Source of the DNA: a virus
Reading direction: 5' to 3' (one strand)
DNA length: 64,000 nucleotides
IMG/VR virus record: IMGVR_UViG_3300044655_001100
Location: 32,187-96,186 of that record
A program made the translations under genes and the position numbers. Within the stretch, counting starts at the first letter, position 1, and each line of letters opens with the position of its first letter. Positions 56,986 to 64,000 of this stretch are shown in pieces. Under the pieces are notes generated by a model. It saw only the letters and a program-made list of their open reading frames with translations, was not told where the DNA came from and ran no database searches.

Positions 56986-59900
56986 ATGACCGTAGGAGCC
57001 AGTGGCTTTATATCTGGGACACCACTCGTTGACTCAGTGTCAAACGAGATGCTCAATTTTCCTTCAGCAACTCCGGGCACTGCTCCGGCTGCTTTAAGTT
57101 TGACGAACACGGGCGGCTTGCGGGTTATTTTAATTGACCCAATTCTGAACGGAATCATTACTGTCAATGGGTCGATTTGGTCCCCTCCAATAGGCCCTGG
57201 TGCCGTTAATACAGTTTTGACGACGGATGGTGCAGGTGCTGTTACATGGTTGCCGGCTGTTCAGTCGATTGACTTTGGAACGACTGGTCTGCTTCCGACA
57301 CCTGCGGCTTCTGGGCACGTTTCTGTTTCTGGTGTGCTTGCTTTAACAAACGGCGGCACAGGTTTAAGCACAATCGGCGCATTGGGGACGGCCCTTGTCT
57401 CTAACGGCACTTCTGTCACTTATTCTTATCCTGCTCGTGCTACTAATATTGCCGGTGGCAATCCTAATGAACTGGCGTATCAGACAGCTACGAACGCGAC
57501 TGGATTCGTTACGGCGGGTGTTACGGGACAAATTTTAAATGCAACGACAGGCGCTGCGCCTTCGTGGGGCCCCGGCACAGCAACGATTGGCACGACGCCA
57601 ATTACGCTTGGCACAACGATTTTATCGCTTGCTGGTGTTCAGACAATCACACTGACACAAGATCCATCATCTGGACTTGAAGCTGCGACCAAACAGTATG
57701 TTGACTCTCGCACGGGCGCACTGACGAACCTTGGAAATGCCAAGGTTGCGACCACAGCAAACATTTCACGCAATGGCCCTCAGACAATTGATACGATTCC
57801 AGTTGTTGCGGGTGAGATTGTTCTTGTTCGTGCTCAGTCAAACGCGGCAGAGAACGGTCTGTATGTTGTTCAGGCGGGTGCGTGGACGTATCCAACATAT
57901 GCAAATACATGGGCTGACTATGTAAATGGCCTTGTGTTTGTGCTGCAGGGTTCGACATACGCCAACACATCTTGGGTTCAAACTGACGGCCCTGGTGGCA
58001 CATTAGGTGTGTCGCCACAGAACTGGGCGCAGATTTCTGCGGCTCTTGATTATACAGCTGGCGCTGGCATTTCGATTGTTGGCTCACTGATTTCAAATAC
58101 AGGTGTGCTCTCATTTGATGGCGGCACGACAGGTTTATTGCCAATTAGTGCAGCCACAGGTGCGATTACGCTTTCTGGGACTTTGGCTCCTGCGAATGGT
58201 GGCACGGGCATTACGGCTCTTGGATCTGGTGTTCAGACGGCTCTTGGCAATGCAACGGATGCTACGGGTGGTTTTGTTACCTTTGACGGCGACCTTGGAA
58301 CGCCGACAAGCGGAACGCTTACGAATGCAACTGGCCTTCCGCTGACGACAGGTGTTACTGGTGTTCTTGGTATTACGAACGGTGGCACGGGCAATAATAA
58401 CGCAAATGATGCGATTAATGCGCTGCTTCCTGTCCAGACAGGCAACAACGGCAAGTTTCTTCAGACAAACGGCTCAAATACGTCTTGGGTTGATAATCCA
58501 TCTGGAACGGTTACGAGCGTTGGTCTTTCGACTGGAACGCTTGGCCTTTCGGTTACATCTGACACGACTAATCCGATTACAACGAGCGGCACGTTTACGC
58601 TGTCTGGAACGCTTGCTCTTACGCATGGCGGCACGGGCGCGACAACACAGGCGGGTGCGGCTAATGCTATTCTGCCGAATCAATCGGGCCAGAACGGTCG
58701 CTTCCTGACGACAGATGGTTCGAATGTTTCGTGGGCAGTTAACCCACTTGGCACAGTCACAAGCGTTGGTTTCTCGACGGGAACCACTGGACTGTCGATT
58801 TCATCGGACACGACAAATCCAATCACGACGAGCGGCACATTTACATTGTCTGGAACGCTTGGTGTTGCCAACGGCGGCACGAGTTTCGCGTCTTACACGA
58901 CTGGCGACATTGTTTATGCTTCTGGCACAACGGCGCTGACGAAGCTTGGAATTGGAACATCGGGTCAAGTTCTGAGTGTTTCTGGTGGCGTTCCTGTTTG
59001 GCAGAACGCCCCTATCTTGCAGGGCTACACGAATACTCTCACACCATTCAATACAGCGCTTGGTGCGTTTGCGGGTGACAGCGTTACATCTGGCACAGAC
59101 TGCGTATTCATCGGCTATAATGCCGGAACTGGCGTTACGACTGGTGTAAACGTCATTGCGATTGGCTCTGGTGCGCTAGATCAAGCAACAAACCCAACGA
59201 ATGCAATTGCCATCGGCAAGGATGCGATGGGCGTAGCCTCGACAGGCGGCGTAAACAACATTGCCATTGGCGCAAGCGCCATGGCTTCTGGTGCCGCAGG
59301 CTCGAATAACATCGCTATCGGCACTGGCGCAGCTCAGGTGATATCTTCTGCAACCCAGAATACGATTGTCGGAAACCTTGCTGGCGCTGCCATTACGACG
59401 GGTTCTGATAACGTCGCTATGGGCTACCAGTCACTGGATGCCTGCAATACTGGTATTCAGAATACTGCTGTTGGCAAAAGCGCTCTCAGTGCTTCTACTA
59501 CAGGCAGCAATAACACAGCTGTTGGCTATAATGCAGGTTTGGCGCTGATTACTGGCGACTTTAATACTGTCGTCGGTTCAAATGCATTTGCGGCATCAGG
59601 CAACTTTGGATCTAATACCGCAATAGGCCATGAAGCAATGACGCTTGGTGGCTCGTCGTTCAATACGGCAGTTGGCCGTCAGGCGATGTCCTCTGCTGCC
59701 GCTGGCGTTGGAAATACGGCAGTCGGCTATCAGGCTGGTTTAAGGTTCTCTGGAAACTACAACACGGCTGTTGGCCAAGGTGCTGCTCAGACGGCAGGTA
59801 ACACTTACCTAGTAGCCGTCGGCTACAATGCGGCAGCTTTTAATACGGCTGGCAGCGGAACATTTATCGGAACGTTTGCTGGTATTAATCTTACATCAGG

Positions 59901-61332
59901 CGCTGGCAATACCGCTCTTGGTTATAATAGTTTGGCTGGTGGTGGCGGCGCTACGGCGGCTAATAACACAGCTGTTGGTAACAGCGCTCTTTTGAGCGTT
60001 TCAACTGCTGCTAGAAACACAGCTGTTGGCCAAAATGCAATGAGTGCTACTACTACTGGAGCAGACAATACAGCAGTAGGGCAAAACTCAGGCGTCAATG
60101 TCAATGGTTCGTTTAATACGTTCCTTGGCACAGAATCAGGAAATTCTGCAACATCATTTGCAGGCAGCTATTGTATTGGTATTGGCTACGGTGCTTTAGC
60201 AAGCCCGATTAGTGCAAGCGAAAGCATTGGTATTGGCCGAGATGCACTGACTGTTCTGACAAGCGGCACGAATAACTGCGTTGTTGGTTCGCAATCTGGA
60301 ATTTCTGTAATTACTGGCTCGGAAAACACTACGTTAGGAAATCTTGCGTTCCGTCTTGGAACAGGATCACAGAACGTAGCAATTGGTTATGCAGCGCTTC
60401 AAAATTCAGCATCAGGAAGCAATATCATAGCAATTGGACGCTCTGCGGCACAAGTTACGACTGGTGTAGGGTGTGTTGCGATTGGCCGCGATGCAATGTT
60501 GAATAACACGTCAGGCATCAATACTGGTGTTGGTTATCAAGCTCTTCGTAGTATTACCACTAACACTGGCGGCACAGCTTTTGGTTACAATGCTCTTAAT
60601 GCTGCAACAGGCGGTGGAAACACTGCGGTCGGCAATAACGCTGGCGGCAGTATCACCACAGGAACAAACAATACTCTCGTCGGTCAATATGCTGGAACAA
60701 CGACATTAACAGGTGCCTGTGTTCTTTCTGACGGCGCTGGCAATATTCGTCTTTATACGAATAGTTCGGGTGCTGTTTCGGTTGACGGAACTAATTTTGG
60801 AACCACGGGGCAAGTTCTAACATCGAATGGCTCTGCTGCTGTTCCGACATGGACAAGCCCTATTGCTCTTTCCACCCCTTGGGCTGCTATTTTTGATACG
60901 ACAGCTGCTCAGACTGCGGCTGCTATTAATACAGCTTATGCAATGGCTTTAGGCTCCATAGATGCAAATAGTATCGGAATTACGATTGCGTCAGGAACTA
61001 GAATTACGGTGGCAAATACTGGCAATTATTCATTTGCGCCATCAATTCAGGTTAGAAACTCTGACAATGGAATCCATGAATTGACGATGTGGTTTAGAAA
61101 GAACGGCGCTGATATTGCAAATAGTGCAAGCGTGTTTTCTATACAGGGTTCTCATGGCGGTACAGACGGGTTTGCTGTTCCGGCTGTTATTTTCAATATG
61201 AGACTTGTTGCAAACGATTACATTGAAGTCATGTGGTCAGTAAGCAACACAGCCGTTTCAATTTACACAATCCCTGCAACATCACCTGCTCCGGCGGCAC
61301 CTGGGGTTATTGTTTCAGTTTCATCGATCTAA
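56986..61332 (+). CDS. Long tail fibre/adhesin with GGTG shaft modules, YadA-head-like NTAVG repeats and a C-terminal beta-sandwich
   Basis: AATKQYVD, repeated NGGTG, many N(T/V)A(V/I)G..A repeats. Confidence 0.88.
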   Translation: MTVGASGFISGTPLVDSVSNEMLNFPSATPGTAPAALSLTNTGGLRVILIDPILNGIITVNGSIWSPPIGPGAVNTVLTTDGAGAVTWLPAVQSIDFGTTGLLPTPAASGHVSVSGVLALTNGGTGLSTIGALGTALVSNGTSVTYSYPARATNIAGGNPNELAYQTATNATGFVTAGVTGQILNATTGAAPSWGPGTATIGTTPITLGTTILSLAGVQTITLTQDPSSGLEAATKQYVDSRTGALTNLGNAKVATTANISRNGPQTIDTIPVVAGEIVLVRAQSNAAENGLYVVQAGAWTYPTYANTWADYVNGLVFVLQGSTYANTSWVQTDGPGGTLGVSPQNWAQISAALDYTAGAGISIVGSLISNTGVLSFDGGTTGLLPISAATGAITLSGTLAPANGGTGITALGSGVQTALGNATDATGGFVTFDGDLGTPTSGTLTNATGLPLTTGVTGVLGITNGGTGNNNANDAINALLPVQTGNNGKFLQTNGSNTSWVDNPSGTVTSVGLSTGTLGLSVTSDTTNPITTSGTFTLSGTLALTHGGTGATTQAGAANAILPNQSGQNGRFLTTDGSNVSWAVNPLGTVTSVGFSTGTTGLSISSDTTNPITTSGTFTLSGTLGVANGGTSFASYTTGDIVYASGTTALTKLGIGTSGQVLSVSGGVPVWQNAPILQGYTNTLTPFNTALGAFAGDSVTSGTDCVFIGYNAGTGVTTGVNVIAIGSGALDQATNPTNAIAIGKDAMGVASTGGVNNIAIGASAMASGAAGSNNIAIGTGAAQVISSATQNTIVGNLAGAAITTGSDNVAMGYQSLDACNTGIQNTAVGKSALSASTTGSNNTAVGYNAGLALITGDFNTVVGSNAFAASGNFGSNTAIGHEAMTLGGSSFNTAVGRQAMSSAAAGVGNTAVGYQAGLRFSGNYNTAVGQGAAQTAGNTYLVAVGYNAAAFNTAGSGTFIGTFAGINLTSGAGNTALGYNSLAGGGGATAANNTAVGNSALLSVSTAARNTAVGQNAMSATTTGADNTAVGQNSGVNVNGSFNTFLGTESGNSATSFAGSYCIGIGYGALASPISASESIGIGRDALTVLTSGTNNCVVGSQSGISVITGSENTTLGNLAFRLGTGSQNVAIGYAALQNSASGSNIIAIGRSAAQVTTGVGCVAIGRDAMLNNTSGINTGVGYQALRSITTNTGGTAFGYNALNAATGGGNTAVGNNAGGSITTGTNNTLVGQYAGTTTLTGACVLSDGAGNIRLYTNSSGAVSVDGTNFGTTGQVLTSNGSAAVPTWTSPIALSTPWAAIFDTTAAQTAAAINTAYAMALGSIDANSIGITIASGTRITVANTGNYSFAPSIQVRNSDNGIHELTMWFRKNGADIANSASVFSIQGSHGGTDGFAVPAVIFNMRLVANDYIEVMWSVSNTAVSIYTIPATSPAPAAPGVIVSVSSI

Positions 61333-61346
61333 AGGAATTAACGAAA

Positions 61347-62813
61347 TTGTCGGAAGAAGCCGAAAAAGCCAATAATCCTGCAGAAGTTCTGCGGAATATT
61401 TTGCCGCCGACAAGTGCGGGGACAACAAATTACGTCCTCGCGAACAATGGCGACGGTGGTTTTTATTGGGCCTTTCCTGGCAAATCGACGGGTGCAGCAC
61501 CTGTTGAGACTGCTGTTCCAAAGATTGAAAATCTTTTACCTCCTCAGAAAAGTCATGGTGGTAAAGTTTTAGGAACAAATGGCGACGGTATTTTCTGGCA
61601 GGAGGCTGGCGCTGGCACAGTAAAATCTGTTGGTTTTTCTGCTGGTGGCACAGGATTTACGGTTTCTGGCGCAACAATCACATCAAGTGGTACATTTGAA
61701 TTAGGCGGCGTTCTTAAGATTGAGCATGGTGGCACTGGCCACACATCGGCTCGTGAGGCGCTAAATGCGCTACTGCCGAGCCAGAATATGCTTTCTGGGT
61801 GCGTTCTTAGCACTGATGGCCAAAACCCTGTTTGGAAGAAAATTGGACTTACCAGCAAAACAAATGAAGTTCAGTATAATAATGATGGCGCTTTAGTAGG
61901 TTCTGCGTTTTTCACATGGGACAATTCAAAAGCAACTCTTTCAGTTGGGACTCTTTCGGTTGGTTGCCATAACAGCGCTGATGTTCGAATTTCAGCCCGT
62001 GAAGGCAATTATACTTTAAATCTTCCGACAAGCATTGCGAATGTTAGCTCTGGTGAAACGCTTGCACTAGCTGTCACCGAGACTGGTGCTGATCTAAAAT
62101 GGTCTCGTGTCGTCACATCCGTTAATATTGATGGGTTAGATACAGGCTTAATTTTCACTGGTGGCCCCGTAACTTCATCGGGATCTATACGGCTTGGTGG
62201 AACTTTATCGGCCAAAAATGGTGGCACAGGAATAGATTCTTATGCTTCTGGAGACCTTTTGGTTGCTAAATCTACTAATCAGCTTGCCAAAGTAAAGATT
62301 GGAAAATCTGGTGAGTTTTTACGGGTTAGTTCAGATGGGGATGCTCCAGAGTGGCAATCGCAAGCCTATGGACAGTTTTGGGATTTATCGGGATCACAGA
62401 AGTTAATAAGTAATTTAGTTTCTATCCCAGTTATCTTTGGTTTATCTGATCCAAAAAATTCCGGTATTTTGATAGCCGGTAATAATTTAATATCTTTTTC
62501 CAATTCTGGGCGGTATAATCTTAATTATTCAATTCAGTTCAATAATTCTGGCATAGATTCGCGGAAAGCCTACGTTTGGCTGCGCAAAAATGGCTTAGAC
62601 ATTGAATCATCTTCGTGTGTTTATAACGTCGTCCCAAACAGCGATTTTGTAGCTACGTCAAACTATCAATTTAGCGTTGATAAGGGTGAGTGTATTCAGC
62701 TTGTGTGGGCTGTAGAGGACATTTCTATTACCATCACGTCAAGACCAGCGATTGTAGCTCCGATAATTCCAAGTATTCCGAGCGCAATCGTTTCCATCAA
62801 TCAGATAGCTTAA
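61347..62813 (+). CDS. Tail fibre protein
   Basis: Same shaft modules and paralogous C-terminal domain; TTG start after AAGGA. Confidence 0.8.
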   Translation: MSEEAEKANNPAEVLRNILPPTSAGTTNYVLANNGDGGFYWAFPGKSTGAAPVETAVPKIENLLPPQKSHGGKVLGTNGDGIFWQEAGAGTVKSVGFSAGGTGFTVSGATITSSGTFELGGVLKIEHGGTGHTSAREALNALLPSQNMLSGCVLSTDGQNPVWKKIGLTSKTNEVQYNNDGALVGSAFFTWDNSKATLSVGTLSVGCHNSADVRISAREGNYTLNLPTSIANVSSGETLALAVTETGADLKWSRVVTSVNIDGLDTGLIFTGGPVTSSGSIRLGGTLSAKNGGTGIDSYASGDLLVAKSTNQLAKVKIGKSGEFLRVSSDGDAPEWQSQAYGQFWDLSGSQKLISNLVSIPVIFGLSDPKNSGILIAGNNLISFSNSGRYNLNYSIQFNNSGIDSRKAYVWLRKNGLDIESSSCVYNVVPNSDFVATSNYQFSVDKGECIQLVWAVEDISITITSRPAIVAPIIPSIPSAIVSINQIA

Positions 62814-62831
62814 GAAGTAGGACTAACCATC

Positions 62832-64000
62832 ATGGCGAACACACCAATATCCGGGCTCCCCACAGGCTTACCAGTTAGCGACACCGATCTCTTTGCAGAT
62901 ACTCAAGCTTCTGGTACGGGCCCAGTTAAGGTAACTGCTCTTGAGGTCAAGCAATATGTTGGCAACAACCTCACGCTGACGGGAACGCCTATCCTGCCGC
63001 AGGTTCTGACGATTGGCGCTGTCACCTATACTTTCCCTGCAGCGAATGGCCCTATCGGATCGGTTTTGGTCAATAGCGGCTCTGGCGTTCTTTCTTGGTC
63101 CACAACTCCGGGCATTGGAAGCGTAACAAGTGTTGGTCTTGATGCTTCTATTGTTGGCCTTACTGTTGCTAACAGCCCTGTCACAGGCAGCGGCGTCCTC
63201 GTTATCAACGGCGGCGTTCTTAATGTAGCAAACGGCGGCACAGGTGCTGCTACACCAGATGCTGCGCTTATCAATCTTTTGCCCCCCACAGATCCGACAA
63301 CAGCCGCTTACGCTCTGTTCAATGACGGCTCTGGCAACTTCTACTGGGCGGCTGCCAGCGGCGGTGGTGGTGGCGGCGGTAGCGTTCTGTCTGTCACAAC
63401 TACTGTTGTTGGCTTAACTGTTACAGGTCCAACAGGAAACGCTGTTCTTTCCGGCGTTGTTGGAATTGGTGGCGGTGGCACTGGAGCGACGACAACAATT
63501 GGCGCTCGTAATGCAATTCTTCCTGCGCAAGCTGGTCAGGGCGGTAAGGTTCTTGGAACTGACGGCACAAATGCTTCTTGGGTTGCAACAGGTGGCACAG
63601 GCACAGTTACAAGTGTTTCGCTTGACCCCTCGACGACAGGTTTGACGGTCAATGGCGGCACAGCCCCAGTTGCAATTACGGCGGCTGGAAGCTTCACTCT
63701 TGGCGGCATTCTTAACATTGCCAACGGCGGCACTGGTTTAAGTGCTCTCGGAACTGGCGTCCAGACAGCGCTTGGCGTTGCTGTAAATACCAATGGCGGG
63801 ATGTTGCTTGGCGGTGCTGGCGGCCTTCTTCCAATTGCTCGTGGCGGCACGAACTTAGGCGCTACTCCGACATCTGGTCAGCTGCTCATTGGTAACGGCA
63901 CAGGCTATACTCTTGCCACGCTGACAGCAGGAACGGGCGTTACAATCGACAATAGCGTTGCTGGCGCAATCACCATCAACTCGACAGGCGGCGGTGGCGG
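62832..64000 (+). CDS. Tail fibre protein (3' truncated)
   Basis: MANTPISGLP..., repeated NGGTG / GTVTSV modules, open to the window end. Confidence 0.85.
   Translation, partial: MANTPISGLPTGLPVSDTDLFADTQASGTGPVKVTALEVKQYVGNNLTLTGTPILPQVLTIGAVTYTFPAANGPIGSVLVNSGSGVLSWSTTPGIGSVTSVGLDASIVGLTVANSPVTGSGVLVINGGVLNVANGGTGAATPDAALINLLPPTDPTTAAYALFNDGSGNFYWAAASGGGGGGGSVLSVTTTVVGLTVTGPTGNAVLSGVVGIGGGGTGATTTIGARNAILPAQAGQGGKVLGTDGTNASWVATGGTGTVTSVSLDPSTTGLTVNGGTAPVAITAAGSFTLGGILNIANGGTGLSALGTGVQTALGVAVNTNGGMLLGGAGGLLPIARGGTNLGATPTSGQLLIGNGTGYTLATLTAGTGVTIDNSVAGAITINSTGGGG

Noticed and set aside
58400-62813. Diversity-generating retroelement acting on tail fibres
   Set aside because: No reverse transcriptase in the window and repeat differences are not adenine-specific
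1-64000. Stop-codon reassignment
   Set aside because: Core genes are intact under the standard bacterial code and all three stops are used

Overview
The window is a large part of a tailed dsDNA phage genome (probably podovirus-like: no tape measure or tail tube is seen). It starts inside a probable ejection protein and ends inside a tail fibre gene. The host is probably an alphaproteobacterium (inferred from a GcrA homologue and CTTGAC/CTATA-type promoters). Layout: tail collar, two 2OG-Fe(II) oxygenases and a lysis cassette (1-4.1 kb); tRNA-Thr; a leftward accessory and recombination arm (lambda-exo, ERF, SSB-like) ending in a GHKL ATPase coupled to a split C5 methyltransferase; cro-like gene, VRR-NUC, GcrA, ParB-MT-A70, a structured non-coding element and an SF2 helicase; a second split multi-module C5 MTase; an AC/GT-poor ~8 kb early island with repeated promoter/operator/RBS cassettes and terS; an N6/N4 MTase carrying an out-of-frame HNH; then terL, portal, internal proteins, GroES-like, scaffold, major capsid and three tail fibre genes. 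No integrase, polymerase, primase, prohead protease or CRISPR array was recognised. The strongest candidates for undescribed biology are: (1) a recurrent x-A/K-x-G-G motif that punctuates a modular 1058-aa polyprotein-like ORF and tags four other virion-region proteins; (2) six stem-variable hairpins with a GCGC(U/A) pentaloop in front of head genes; (3) dual-frame C5 MTases with a tandem array of specificity-like modules; (4) an HNH nested out of frame in an intact MTase; (5) a ~350-nt highly structured RNA or origin. All family assignments come from recognising motifs by eye; no searches were run.
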